Source: Ignavibacteriota bacterium (GTDB lineage Bacteria > Bacteroidota > Ignavibacteria > UBA10030 > CAVZMI01). Taken from it: a stretch of 64,000 nt of DNA. The position numbers and the translations under genes are program-made. Position 1 is the first letter of the stretch. Each line of letters opens with the position of its first letter. This document shows positions 19,746 to 30,261 of this stretch, piece after piece. The stretch spans positions 459,166-523,165 of the forward strand of contig CAWIHK010000005.1 of NCBI GenBank assembly GCA_963835935.1, read 5' to 3'. The notes under the pieces were generated by a model. It was given only the letters and a program-made list of their open reading frames with translations, was not told the origin of the DNA and searched no databases.

Positions 19746-20839
19746 AAGTGATATTTGCAGGTGGAGGAACAGGCGGACACGTATTCCCCGCTCTTGCGAT
19801 CGCGGATGAACTTAAAAAACTCGATGCCGGAGTGGAAATATTATTCGTCGGGACAAAAGATAAAATTGAAGCTCGGCTTGTTCCTCAAAAGGGATATCTG
19901 TTTCGGACAATCTGGATCAGCGGGTTTCGGAGAAGTCTTGCCCCCAGAAATCTTTTATTTCCTTTGAAGGTAGTTGTGTCGTTTCTTCAATCATTCATCA
20001 TCATGAAAGGGGTAAAACCGGATGTTGTTGTCGGAACCGGCGGCTACGTTTGCGGTCCGGTGTTGTATGTTGCTTCGTTGCTTGGAATACCGACAATAAT
20101 TCAGGAACAAAATAGTTATCCTGGTGTAACCACTCGGCTGTTAAGTTCGCGTGCTCAAGAAGTATATTTGATGTTCGAATCGGCTATTCCGCATCTGAAA
20201 CGGAAAGATAATGTAATAATTTCAGGAAACCCTACGCGGGATAATCTTGGAACAGTTTTAAAAGCAGAAGCATTGCAGCGTTTCGGGTTTTCCGATCGGA
20301 AAAAAACATTATTGGTACTCGGCGGCAGTCTGGGCGCCACATCGATCAATAATGCTATTCTAAAAGATATTCAAAAATTTCTCGATGCAGGAATTCAAAT
20401 TTTGTGGCAAACAGGTGAACAAGATTGCGACAGGATTCAACATGCGGTGAAATCATATCCTGATGTTCACGTCTACGCATTTATCGAGTCGATGGAATAT
20501 GCATATGCTGCTGCTGATTTGGCGTTTTGTCGGGCAGGAGCAATTACCATTGCAGAATTAACCAGACTTGGTGTTCCCACGGTTTTTGTCCCATATCCGT
20601 ATGCCGCGGCAAATCATCAGGTGGAGAATGCGAAGGCGATTGTGAAAGCAGGTGCGGCGGAAATGATCTTCGATTATGAAGCCGACCGAAAAGCGGGAGA
20701 GACAATATTAAACTTGATTGCCGACGATACAGCATTACAACGAATGCGGAAAAAAAGTTTCGAGTTGGGTAAACCTGGCGCTGCAAAAGCCATCGCCCGT
20801 TCTGTTTTACAAATAGGATTGAATCATGAGCGAAGATAA
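19742..20839 (+). CDS. murG: UDP-GlcNAc:undecaprenyl-PP-MurNAc-pentapeptide GlcNAc transferase MurG.
   Basis: N-terminal GGTGGHVFPALA motif. Confidence 0.9.
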   Translation: MKVIFAGGGTGGHVFPALAIADELKKLDAGVEILFVGTKDKIEARLVPQKGYLFRTIWISGFRRSLAPRNLLFPLKVVVSFLQSFIIMKGVKPDVVVGTGGYVCGPVLYVASLLGIPTIIQEQNSYPGVTTRLLSSRAQEVYLMFESAIPHLKRKDNVIISGNPTRDNLGTVLKAEALQRFGFSDRKKTLLVLGGSLGATSINNAILKDIQKFLDAGIQILWQTGEQDCDRIQHAVKSYPDVHVYAFIESMEYAYAAADLAFCRAGAITIAELTRLGVPTVFVPYPYAAANHQVENAKAIVKAGAAEMIFDYEADRKAGETILNLIADDTALQRMRKKSFELGKPGAAKAIARSVLQIGLNHERR

Positions 20840-21317
20840 AAATACGTTCAAATACAAACTGGATTTTTACTATCAGCAATCGCTGATCTATCTTCTCACC
20901 TTCATTATTTATACTGGTGCACGAGGTACGATGTCGGAATCTGGTTTGAAAGTCGTTCTTCACGATCCTGTGTTGTATATCATTACAATTTTTGTTTTGA
21001 TTTCACTCTTGATTCTGGTATTGAACTATATTCGTGACAGAAAATTAGTTATTGGTAAGAAGGAATTTATTTTCCATTCTCGATTTCATGAAATCATCAT
21101 CCCATTTTCGGAAATCGAATCAATGCATGTGGGGCTGGAACGGTTGATCCAGACCAGTGGACGATTTCAGGTTATTGTCATCAAACTAAAACAACGCCGC
21201 CGGACTCTTCGTATCCGTGTCGGACGCTATGAACGCGAAAAAGAATTAATATCCGAAATGCAAAGAATTGCCGCAAAATTCCCTTCGTTAAAGATGCGGC
21301 GATTCCGCATGAGATGA
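20826..21317 (+). CDS. Small membrane protein (two TM helices plus a bacterial PH-like domain) inserted between murG and murC.
   Basis: ATG 20826 overlaps the murG stop, and the gene ends 8 nt before murC. Two hydrophobic helices are followed by a basic beta-rich C-terminal domain. Confidence 0.5.
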   Translation: MSEDKNTFKYKLDFYYQQSLIYLLTFIIYTGARGTMSESGLKVVLHDPVLYIITIFVLISLLILVLNYIRDRKLVIGKKEFIFHSRFHEIIIPFSEIESMHVGLERLIQTSGRFQVIVIKLKQRRRTLRIRVGRYEREKELISEMQRIAAKFPSLKMRRFRMR

Positions 21318-21324
21318 GGGGACT

Positions 21325-22707
21325 ATGTTTACCAGCATAAAGAAATTACATTTTATCGGAATCGGTGGCATCGGCATGAGCGGAATCGCCGAGATTTTGA
21401 TCGATCAAGGATTTCAAATAAGTGGATCGGACAAATCTTTGTCCGAAGTAACCATGCGCCTCGAACAGCTCGGCGCGCGCGTCTACGAAGGTCATAACGA
21501 AAAAAACCTGGAAGCTGATGTCGATGTTGTCGTTTATTCTTCCGCCGTGACACCGGATAATCCCGAATTAACCGAAGCGTATCGAAAAAAAATTCCAGTC
21601 GTGCGGCGCGCCGAAATGCTTGCCGAACTTACGCGGCTAAAGTACAGCATCGGAATCGCCGGGACGCATGGAAAAACAACAACAACATCGATGATTAGTT
21701 TAGTCCTGATGGCTGGACATCTTGATCCGACAGTCATCGTGGGTGGAAAACTTAGCGGGTTGGGCGGAACGAACGCACGACTTGGGCGCGGTGAATTCAT
21801 CGTAGTCGAAGCCGATGAATTCGACCGATCCTTCCTTTCCCTTACTCCATCAATTGCAGTACTGACTACTCTCGAGACTGATCATCTAGATTGTTATCGA
21901 GATCTGGATGATATAAAAGGCGCATTTCTGCAGTTCGCGAGTAAAGTTCCCTTCTACGGATTCGTGGTGCTTTGTCTGGATGAACCGGCTTTACAGGACA
22001 TCATGCCGCAATTGAACAAGAAGAAAATAATCACGTATGGAATAAATCCGCAAGCAGATCTTCAAGCGATCGATATCGTCGCGCGCGAAAATAAATCAAC
22101 CTTTACCGTTGTCCGTCAGGGAAAAGAATTAGGAAGCATCACCATTCAATCTCCAGGATTGCATAATGTTCGGAATGCACTTGCAGCAATCTCCGTTGGA
22201 CTAGAACTTGAAATCTCGTTCGAAAAAGTTAAAGAGGGATTGGAAAAATTTTCCGGTGTTTATCGCCGGTGGGAATTGAAAGCCGAAGTCGGAGGTATCA
22301 GTATCTATGATGATTACGCACATCATCCGACGGAGATCAAAGCAACATTACAGGGCGCAAAAGCTGGTTGGAAACGTCGAATCGTTTGCGTATTCCAGCC
22401 GCATTTATATTCTCGCACTCGAGATTTTCAAGATGAATTCGGCCGGTCATTCTTCAATGCCGATATGTTAATCGTCACCGATGTTTACCCGGCGCGTGAG
22501 GACCCGATTCAAGGAGTGACCGGACAATTGATTTCTGACGCTGCAATACGGTTCGGTCATAAAGACGTACATTACATTCGCGATAAAACAAAAGTACCCG
22601 GCTTCTTGAAATTAACAACACATCCGGGTGATATCGTCATAACAATGGGTGCCGGTGATATTTGGAAAAATGGATTGCAGTTTATCGATCTGCTGAAAAA
22701 ACAGTAA
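21325..22707 (+). CDS. murC: UDP-N-acetylmuramate--L-alanine ligase MurC.
   Basis: IGIGGIGMSGIAEIL N terminus and GTHGKTTTT P-loop. Confidence 0.9.
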   Translation: MFTSIKKLHFIGIGGIGMSGIAEILIDQGFQISGSDKSLSEVTMRLEQLGARVYEGHNEKNLEADVDVVVYSSAVTPDNPELTEAYRKKIPVVRRAEMLAELTRLKYSIGIAGTHGKTTTTSMISLVLMAGHLDPTVIVGGKLSGLGGTNARLGRGEFIVVEADEFDRSFLSLTPSIAVLTTLETDHLDCYRDLDDIKGAFLQFASKVPFYGFVVLCLDEPALQDIMPQLNKKKIITYGINPQADLQAIDIVARENKSTFTVVRQGKELGSITIQSPGLHNVRNALAAISVGLELEISFEKVKEGLEKFSGVYRRWELKAEVGGISIYDDYAHHPTEIKATLQGAKAGWKRRIVCVFQPHLYSRTRDFQDEFGRSFFNADMLIVTDVYPAREDPIQGVTGQLISDAAIRFGHKDVHYIRDKTKVPGFLKLTTHPGDIVITMGAGDIWKNGLQFIDLLKKQ

Positions 22708-22790
22708 CTTTAAATGATCTGCGTTGAAGGCATTAGAAGATAACGGAATGCTCGTCTCGCAGAGCGGGCGACTTCCTTAAAACATGAAAC

Positions 22791-23549
22791 ATGGAAGAAA
22801 AAGAAAACATAAAAAAAGAATCTAAAAAGAAAGAACTCATAGGTTTCATACTGCTGGTAATCGCCATCATTGGTGTGAGTAATCTTGCATTTCGCTGGCA
22901 TGATGCGCTGCTTGTCAAAAAAGTAATTGTGGAAGGTAACGAAGTGATCACGACAGATCAAATTGTTGAAATGTCCGGCATCCGATTCGATGTAAATTTA
23001 TCGACGGTAGAATTATGGACATTGCGCGCGAGAATGCTTCAGAATCCTTATGTCAAAGATGCTATCGTAAGCCACGAGTTGCCGGATGGTATTTCGATCG
23101 CGATCAATGAACGAAAACCTGTAGCGCTGCTGCATACCGGAGAATTATTTGGGATTGATAAAGACGGAGTACTATTACCGCATGTCGTGTCGAAATATTT
23201 ATCAAATCTTCCTGTGCTTTCCGGATTTCATGGAATCGAAAATTCAGCTCCAGGTTCTATCGTAAACGACTCGACAGTTCGTGAAGCTTTGCAGATCATT
23301 CGATTCTCTTCCGCACTCGGAACCGTAATCGGACAATTGATTTCTGAGTTGCGGATTACGGATGATGGTGAATTCGTGATGTACACGGTAGATTATGGAA
23401 CTCCGGTTTTTTTAGGCCGCGGATGTTATGCAGAAAAAATTGCGCTGCTAGCTTCCTTCTGGAAGGAAGTAGTCCGACCGGAAGTTGCGCGCCGTTTCGC
23501 GTCGGTTGATGTGCGATTCAAAGATCAGGTGATTGTACGATGGATATAA
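22791..23549 (+). CDS. ftsQ: Cell division protein FtsQ (POTRA domain, bitopic).
   Basis: N-terminal TM followed by POTRA-like and FtsQ beta domains. Position between murC and ftsA. Confidence 0.7.
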   Translation: MEEKENIKKESKKKELIGFILLVIAIIGVSNLAFRWHDALLVKKVIVEGNEVITTDQIVEMSGIRFDVNLSTVELWTLRARMLQNPYVKDAIVSHELPDGISIAINERKPVALLHTGELFGIDKDGVLLPHVVSKYLSNLPVLSGFHGIENSAPGSIVNDSTVREALQIIRFSSALGTVIGQLISELRITDDGEFVMYTVDYGTPVFLGRGCYAEKIALLASFWKEVVRPEVARRFASVDVRFKDQVIVRWI

Positions 23550-23784
23550 CAAAAGTAAAATTGAAATCCTAATTTCTAAATACTAAACAATTATGAATGA
23601 CAGAAATTTAAAATCAAAATGTTTAAGAAAAACCAAAGTTTGTTATCTCGCTGTCGCGCCAAACGTAGTTCAGCAGGCGGGATGTTTTAAGAGAAATTGT
23701 TACAAAGGAAGTTTAATCGGCCATTTTGGATTTCGAGATTAGAAATTATGATTTATTACGTGGAATTTACTTTAAGGAATATAA

Positions 23785-25053
23785 ATGGAAGATATTATTG
23801 TAGGCCTTGATATCGGCACCACAAAAGTGTGTGCTATCGTTGCTTCGGCAGAAACATCAAGCGAGGGTGAAGTTTATTCTTCCAAACTTGGAAAAATTAA
23901 TATCCTTGGAATCGGACGAAGCGCTTCGGATGGATTGACGAGAGGAGTTGTCACGAATATCGACAAGACCGTCCGTTCCATTCAAAATGCTATCGTCGAT
24001 GCCGAATCACAATCGGGCGTGAAAATCACAAAAGCAACCGTAGGAATCGCCGGAGATCATATTCAGAGTTTTCAAAGCCGCGGAGTTGTCGCGATCAATA
24101 ATCCGGAAAAAGAAATTACGCAAGCCGATGTAGATCGATTGATTGAAGACACGAGACGCATTGCGCTGCCGTCCGACAGAAAAATTATTCATGTGATTCC
24201 TCAGGAGTTTATTATCGATGGACAGGACGGCGTGTACGAACCGGTCGGAATGTCCGGTGTGAGGATGGAAGCAAACGTACACATCATCACCGGTTTGATT
24301 ACAGCGGCACAAAATATTTATAAATGTGTTCAGCGTGCAGGACTCGAAGTATCTGATATGGTACTCGAACCGCTGGCATCTAGTTATTCGGTTCTGGATG
24401 AAGAAGAAAAAGAAGTCGGCGTCGCACTGCTCGACATTGGAGGAGGAACAACAGACCTTGCAGTATTTGAAGAAAAAACTATCCGCCATACGGCAGTGAT
24501 CGGGATTGCCGGAAAAAAAGTAACCGACGACATTCGTAAGGGACTCGGTATCTTAATCGATCAGGCAGAAAAACTAAAAATCCAGCATGGATTTGCATAT
24601 CAACCGGCAATCGTAGATAACGAACCGATAGTCGTTCCAGGAATCAGCGGCCGGGCGCCGATTGAGTTGGACAAGCAACTGTTATGTCAGATCATCCAAC
24701 CGAGAATGGAAGAAATTTTAGAAATCGCAGCAATGGAGATCAAACGTTCCGGTTACTCGCGGCATTTATCCGCAGGTATTGTGTTGACCGGCGGTGGTTC
24801 TCTCATCAAGGGCACGGCAGACCTCGCACGCGAAGTGCTCGGCATGCAAACAAAAATCGGAATTCCATCAGGTCCTTATGCTGGTCTCGTTCGAGAAATC
24901 GAAAATCCGATCTATGCAACCGGAGTAGGGTTGGTGCTCCATTCCCTGCGTACTCGCGACCGCTCATCCTTGAATGCATTGAAGAACGGTAAGGGCGGCA
25001 AATCAAGTCCAAGTATTTTTAAACGCATGAAAGGTTGGTTCGACGAATTGTAA
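23785..25053 (+). CDS. ftsA: Cell division protein FtsA.
   Basis: Actin-like ATPase motifs (VGLDIGTTKV, DIGGGTTD) and a C-terminal amphipathic helix. Confidence 0.9.
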   Translation: MEDIIVGLDIGTTKVCAIVASAETSSEGEVYSSKLGKINILGIGRSASDGLTRGVVTNIDKTVRSIQNAIVDAESQSGVKITKATVGIAGDHIQSFQSRGVVAINNPEKEITQADVDRLIEDTRRIALPSDRKIIHVIPQEFIIDGQDGVYEPVGMSGVRMEANVHIITGLITAAQNIYKCVQRAGLEVSDMVLEPLASSYSVLDEEEKEVGVALLDIGGGTTDLAVFEEKTIRHTAVIGIAGKKVTDDIRKGLGILIDQAEKLKIQHGFAYQPAIVDNEPIVVPGISGRAPIELDKQLLCQIIQPRMEEILEIAAMEIKRSGYSRHLSAGIVLTGGGSLIKGTADLAREVLGMQTKIGIPSGPYAGLVREIENPIYATGVGLVLHSLRTRDRSSLNALKNGKGGKSSPSIFKRMKGWFDEL

Positions 25054-25196
25054 AATGATTCCCACAAAATACACGAAAACTACTAAATTTATTTGTGTCA
25101 TTTAGTGTATTTCGCGGATCAAAAACTTTTTGGTTTTCAATTATACAAATTGGAATTTTATTTTAATTAACAATCACATAAAAAGGAGAGAAAAAC

Positions 25197-26363
25197 GTGA
25201 TCGAATTAGCAACCACATTTGACCGCGGAGCGAAAATCCGCGTTGTTGGTGTTGGTGGTGGCGGTGGTAATGCCATCAATGGGATGATCGACAAAGGGTT
25301 GGTCGGCGTCGAGTTCATCGCGATTAATACCGATGCCCAGGCCCTTGAGCGGAACAAGGCGCAGAACAAAATTCAGATCGGGAAAAATCTGACGCGCGGA
25401 CTCGGCGCCGGCGCCGATCCCACAATCGGCCATCGCGCTGTGGAAGAGGATCGCGAAGAAATCGCTCGTATGCTTACAGGCAGCGATATGGTTTTTATTA
25501 CGGCCGGCATGGGCGGTGGCACAGGAACAGGCGGCGCACCGTTAGTGGCAAATATCGCCAAGAGCGTCGGCGCGCTTGTGGTCAGCATTGTAACAAAACC
25601 ATTTAACTGCGAAGGAAAAAAACGGCTTCAGCAAGCCGATGTAGGATTGGAAGATTTGAAGAAACAGGTTGACACATTGATCATCATCCCGAATCAAAAA
25701 TTATTGTCAATCGTCGAACGCACAACTCCGATCAACGAAGCTTTCGCGATAGCCGATCAGGTGTTGTATAATGCAACGCGTGGAATTTCGGAATTGATTA
25801 CTGTCCCCGGTTTGATCAACGTCGATTTCGCCGACGTCCGCACCATCATGCGTGAGATGGGTGATGCGTTGATGGGAACCGGCGTCGCGACCGGTGAACA
25901 CCGCGCAACCGAAGCGGCGAATAACGCTATTTCGAGTCCGCTTCTGGATGGCGTTTCCATCGTCGGTGCACAAGGTGTGCTGGTGAATGTGATGGGTGGA
26001 TTAAACATGTCGCTGGCCGAACTCGATGAAGCCACCATGATTATTCACGACGCCGCCGGTGATGATGCGAATGTTATCCTCGGCGCTGTGATCGATGAAA
26101 ATCTAACCGACGAAATCATGGTGACCGTAATTGCAACTGGATTCAACAAAAAGGCCGCGCTTGCCCGTCCGGTGAGAACCGGCTCAAAAGTGCTCGACCG
26201 CATTCCGAACGGTCTGCAGGATTTACAAAGACTCGATGAGCCGACGTACATCCGGAAAGGAATTCCGCTTTCAAATGCGTACAGCATTACCGAAGTGGTA
26301 AACCAAAAGATCGACAAAGCCGATCCGGAAAAGCCGGCATTTTTGCGCAAGATCATGGATTAA
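25197..26363 (+). CDS. ftsZ: Cell division GTPase FtsZ (GTG start).
   Basis: [11 protein letters not shown] tubulin signature. AAAGGAG RBS 7 nt upstream of GTG 25197. Confidence 0.95.
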   Translation: MIELATTFDRGAKIRVVGVGGGGGNAINGMIDKGLVGVEFIAINTDAQALERNKAQNKIQIGKNLTRGLGAGADPTIGHRAVEEDREEIARMLTGSDMVFITAGMGGGTGTGGAPLVANIAKSVGALVVSIVTKPFNCEGKKRLQQADVGLEDLKKQVDTLIIIPNQKLLSIVERTTPINEAFAIADQVLYNATRGISELITVPGLINVDFADVRTIMREMGDALMGTGVATGEHRATEAANNAISSPLLDGVSIVGAQGVLVNVMGGLNMSLAELDEATMIIHDAAGDDANVILGAVIDENLTDEIMVTVIATGFNKKAALARPVRTGSKVLDRIPNGLQDLQRLDEPTYIRKGIPLSNAYSITEVVNQKIDKADPEKPAFLRKIMD

Positions 26364-26487
26364 TGGAGTTTTAAAAATGTAATTATTACAAGAAGGTTAT
26401 ATTTGTTCTAATTAATAAATAATCATTTATGCTTGCAAATGAATGTAAGTTTTATTAAAATTATTTTTTTGACTAAGGAGAATAATA

Positions 26488-27015
26488 ATGGATGATATGG
26501 GATCGAAAACTAAATTATTCGAGATTAGTTCAAAATTGCAGAATGCTTCTATTTGGTTAAAAAAAATTGCAAAAAATGAACAACTCGATGCTAAAGGGAC
26601 AGATATTCTTTACTGGGCTGGTCAATTTCTTTGCGAAGTGGATTGGTCATCTAAAATTGCTGCGAAGCCAAGTGTATCTGGATGTTTGACAGTTCAAGCA
26701 ACCTCAGTTCGTCCAACTTTTTATTCATCTTTGATTCGTATCGCGCCAAAATTACAAGCTGAAGGGATGAAAACAGAAACAGATATTTTAAAATTTGTTC
26801 GTGTAATATATTCTTTTTTGTTATCTGTGAAATCGTCTACAAACGATACAAAAAAACCCTTGCCAAGAGAATGCGATCTCGCGGCTATGTTTCTATCAGA
26901 GATTTCAGATTCAATTCTGATTCAACTTAATAATAATGGACTACCTCGTAATTCGGTATCTCTTAAAAATGAATGGGAATTGAATCGAAATGGATATATT
27001 GAGCATACAGTCTGA
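26488..27015 (+). CDS. Hypothetical protein (175 aa). First gene of the AT-rich three-gene operon.
   Basis: ATG with AAGGAG RBS. No recognisable motif. Its 3' end overlaps the next gene by 26 nt. Confidence 0.5.
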   Translation: MDDMGSKTKLFEISSKLQNASIWLKKIAKNEQLDAKGTDILYWAGQFLCEVDWSSKIAAKPSVSGCLTVQATSVRPTFYSSLIRIAPKLQAEGMKTETDILKFVRVIYSFLLSVKSSTNDTKKPLPRECDLAAMFLSEISDSILIQLNNNGLPRNSVSLKNEWELNRNGYIEHTV

Positions 27016-28420
27016 TGTTGATGGATTAAAAGAGGAAGTTCAGAGGAGAGAGCTGCATCGTTTTGCATTATCAATTCATTGGCTGGCACAAAAAATTCAA
27101 ATAGTAGAAGATTTTACATCGGCTACACCTTGTAAACTTGCTCGTCTCATATCTGAAACCGCCAAACTCGTTGCACAAAATTTACACGCTGCTCCGATTG
27201 AAAATTTGACATTATTGAATGACTTTCTCACGTGGATTGCATCCCACCTTCGTTTTGTCGATCGAGCACGAATAACACAAACTCCGTGGAGTATTATTCC
27301 TATAGCTGAATCCTTTTTGAAGGAACAGATAGGACCGGCAAGCAACTTCATAATTAGACCGACCTGGTCATACAACTATTCAATCATTGGCGAGTTTTGG
27401 GATAATTATTCCAATATGCTTAAAGATTTCTCTTGGTTTCCATTGGAAGAATTAAAGGAAAAGGTTGGATTAAATAATGAGACCATTTATTGCATTTCAT
27501 TTCCACGAGTTGAACGTAATAATAGTCTCATGCATGTTAATTGGGGCCATGAAGTAGGTCATATTCTTGCTGATAGATGGGAAAGAAGTGATTTTGATGA
27601 TATGTGGCAGAGTGTGCAACCTCAAATACAATTAAAAATAGAAACAAATGTCAGAACTGACCCTTCCCCATTTCTACCTTTATTTCAGGAATTTGCTATT
27701 AAAAAATTTGTTTCAAGTTCAATGCAACAGATCAAAGATACCACAATTGGTGGTATAAAAGAACTTGTTTGTGATATTATTGGTGTGCATCTTTTTGGTC
27801 CTGCAGCGATTGCAGCAGCTTTTGAGTTTTCTTCACGTCTTAATTTTGATGTTTCACCTCTGCAATGTCCATATTATCCTCCTTGGCGATATCGATTGAG
27901 AAAAATGATTCAATATTGTAAAAAAGATATCGACTCTAATCTTAACAATTCACTCGATTCATTTACCGATTGGCTGTGCAAAGTTGAAAAACTCACGGAA
28001 AGTCAAGAAGATATTGAGACTCTTAATTCTTCCATTATCACTGAAGAAGCTTATAATTTTATCGCTATAAATTATAATCATATTATAAAGAAGGTAATTT
28101 CATATTTGCCCCAGACGTCACAAATACAATATAATTTTCATGGAAGATTTGAAATAATAGAGAAATTAATACATAGATTAAATCAGAAGATTCCACCTAA
28201 TGAAGTGAGTAATCTAAGTGACAACCCAGCCTCATTTCAGGATATTATATCTGCAGCATGGACTTACAAAATAGCAAATGAATATGGACATACGACTGAC
28301 AAGTCAGAAGAAAAAACTATTGAAGATTTGAATGTCCTTTATAATCTGATTTTAAAAGCTTGCGAGAGCAGCTATGTTCATAGAACATTTGGTCCAGCAT
28401 TGCGTGGTGAGAATAAATGA
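26990..28420 (+). CDS. Hypothetical 476-aa protein with an HExxH motif (WGHEVGHIL). Possible zinc metallopeptidase-like protein.
   Basis: HEVGH at about residue 190, with an acidic/hydrophobic segment (IKELVCDIIGVHLFGPAA) downstream. No P-loop. Translationally coupled to the flanking genes by ATGA overlaps. Confidence 0.5.
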   Translation: MDILSIQSDVDGLKEEVQRRELHRFALSIHWLAQKIQIVEDFTSATPCKLARLISETAKLVAQNLHAAPIENLTLLNDFLTWIASHLRFVDRARITQTPWSIIPIAESFLKEQIGPASNFIIRPTWSYNYSIIGEFWDNYSNMLKDFSWFPLEELKEKVGLNNETIYCISFPRVERNNSLMHVNWGHEVGHILADRWERSDFDDMWQSVQPQIQLKIETNVRTDPSPFLPLFQEFAIKKFVSSSMQQIKDTTIGGIKELVCDIIGVHLFGPAAIAAAFEFSSRLNFDVSPLQCPYYPPWRYRLRKMIQYCKKDIDSNLNNSLDSFTDWLCKVEKLTESQEDIETLNSSIITEEAYNFIAINYNHIIKKVISYLPQTSQIQYNFHGRFEIIEKLIHRLNQKIPPNEVSNLSDNPASFQDIISAAWTYKIANEYGHTTDKSEEKTIEDLNVLYNLILKACESSYVHRTFGPALRGENK

Positions 28421-29013
28421 GTACTATAACCATAAGATTGATTGAAGAATGTCTTAAAAGAGAGAGCGACCCTTTAATTGTTTCGCCTATACTTTGCCAA
28501 AAACAAATTGGTGAAGCTTCTATTGATGTCCGTTTAGGAAATCAATTCATTGTGTTTAAGGCTCACAGATTTGGAATAGCAGAACCATTCGGAAAAAAGA
28601 TTAGTGATCCGCGAAAAATCCAGGAGCGATATATTTTGAATTATGGAGAGAATTTCGTTTTACATCCGGGTGTCTTAATACTTGGAAGCACTTTTGAGTA
28701 TGTCTCAATTCCTGGTGATCTTGAATGTCAAGTTGAAGGTAGATCATCATGGGCGCGTTTAGGTTTGCAAGTTGTAACAGCGAGTTCTGTTGAACCTGGA
28801 TTCAAAGGTGTTATAACATTGGAGTTATCAAATGTTGGCATCATTCCATTGGCTCTGATGCCTGGAACTCGAATTGCTCAATTGGTCTTTCACGAAGCTA
28901 AACCATCAATCGAGCATCCATATGCTGGTGTTAAAAAATATCGTTATCCTATTGGTCCACAATTCAGTGGATTATTCGATGATCCTGATTGGAATATTTT
29001 TTCTGATCAATAG
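28417..29013 (+). CDS. dcd: dCTP deaminase / dUTPase-superfamily protein (Dcd homolog, 198 aa).
   Basis: Aligns along its full length to canonical Dcd: IDVRLGNQF..F, GRSSWARLGL (Dcd GRSSLARLGL), VEPGFKGVITLELSNVGIIPLALMPGTRIAQLVF, and a C-terminal KKYRYP. Confidence 0.8.
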   Translation: MSTITIRLIEECLKRESDPLIVSPILCQKQIGEASIDVRLGNQFIVFKAHRFGIAEPFGKKISDPRKIQERYILNYGENFVLHPGVLILGSTFEYVSIPGDLECQVEGRSSWARLGLQVVTASSVEPGFKGVITLELSNVGIIPLALMPGTRIAQLVFHEAKPSIEHPYAGVKKYRYPIGPQFSGLFDDPDWNIFSDQ

Positions 29014-29463
29014 AAAATAATTACTCGGCATTCCATAAGGATTAATAAAGTGCCAATCCCTTTTAAAAATGCGTGATTCGCAATTTTACTTCGAATATTT
29101 CAAATCGATATTAATGTTTTTTCAGGATTGTTAAGAAAGCATTACCGGAATAGATTTACTTATTATAATATTACAAATAGCATCGTTTTGTGTTCAATTA
29201 AATATTATTGATTAGCTGGAATAAAATTAAAAACATTCTTGACATTCAAATGATATCTTAATAAGATTGTTTATTATTACTATTTCATTTGATCCCGTTA
29301 TAATTTGATTCAAGCACCATTGTTTTATAGCTACAACAGCATCATCTTTCTATTCAGAAAGGAGTGTTACTAATATATAGACTGGAATTCTAATTGTGTC
29401 AACAAGGATAACAAGTGAATAATAAAATAACTATTTATGAACAAATTATTATAGGAGACAGAT

Positions 29464-29820
29464 ATGAGACGCATTTTTCTTTTGTGCTTGTTGGGTCTAA
29501 TGGTTATTTATTGCGGCTGCCAGATGTCCATGTATACTTTAACAAATAATGAAAGAAAGTATCCTACTACAAGGGCAGAAAATGTCAGAGTGACAACGAA
29601 TGAGAAAATTGAGGGTGAATATACTGAACTCGGTTATGTTTTTGCCGGAGGTGGTTCTGTTCAGGGCAGTATTGCCAACTTGAAAGAGAAAGCTGCGGAT
29701 ATGGGAGGAACAGCTGTGATTAGACTTCAAACAACTGTAATACGCACTTTTATCGTTATTATATTCATTCCAATTCCGGTTGATAATTTTTACAGTCAGG
29801 GTATTGTTGTTAAATCATAA
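29464..29820 (+). CDS. Small lipoprotein (lipobox ...YCGC), DUF1471/BhsA-like.
   Basis: Signal peptide plus Cys. Pattern Y.ELG.V.........A...LKEKAADMGGTAV, paralogous to the next gene. Confidence 0.45.
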   Translation: MRRIFLLCLLGLMVIYCGCQMSMYTLTNNERKYPTTRAENVRVTTNEKIEGEYTELGYVFAGGGSVQGSIANLKEKAADMGGTAVIRLQTTVIRTFIVIIFIPIPVDNFYSQGIVVKS

Positions 29821-29853
29821 TTACGTTTGAGACATCTTTGAAGGAGTCAAATA

Positions 29854-30189
29854 ATGAAAACTATATCAACACAATTATATTTCTTAATAGTAATTATTAT
29901 TGTCATTTTATTGTCAGGCTGTACTGCAAGCATGCATTATATCAATGACGGAGCGAAAATATATCCCGCAATTAATCCCGAGAGTGTCCTGATAGTTTCT
30001 GAAAGAACAATAGAAAATAAAGATTTTGTAGAGATCGGATACGTGGCGATTAATATTACGAATGCGAATAACGGCGATCAGTTGAAGAATGCGATGAAAG
30101 AAGAAGCGGCCTCGATTGGCGCCGATGCAGTCATCGATTTCAGGATTTTTGGATTGACCGCAGGTGGAATCGCTGTGAAGTATAAATAG
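29854..30189 (+). CDS. Small lipoprotein (lipobox LLSGC), paralog of the preceding gene, DUF1471/BhsA-like.
   Basis: Signal peptide plus lipobox. FVEIGYV......A...LKNAMKEEAASIGADAVIDF. Confidence 0.5.
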   Translation: MKTISTQLYFLIVIIIVILLSGCTASMHYINDGAKIYPAINPESVLIVSERTIENKDFVEIGYVAINITNANNGDQLKNAMKEEAASIGADAVIDFRIFGLTAGGIAVKYK

Positions 30190-30261
30190 CGCAAGTTTTC
30201 AACTAGAGACGACCTAAATAATATTTTGGCCATGAGGCCTAATTTTACTATTAAAGAAAAT

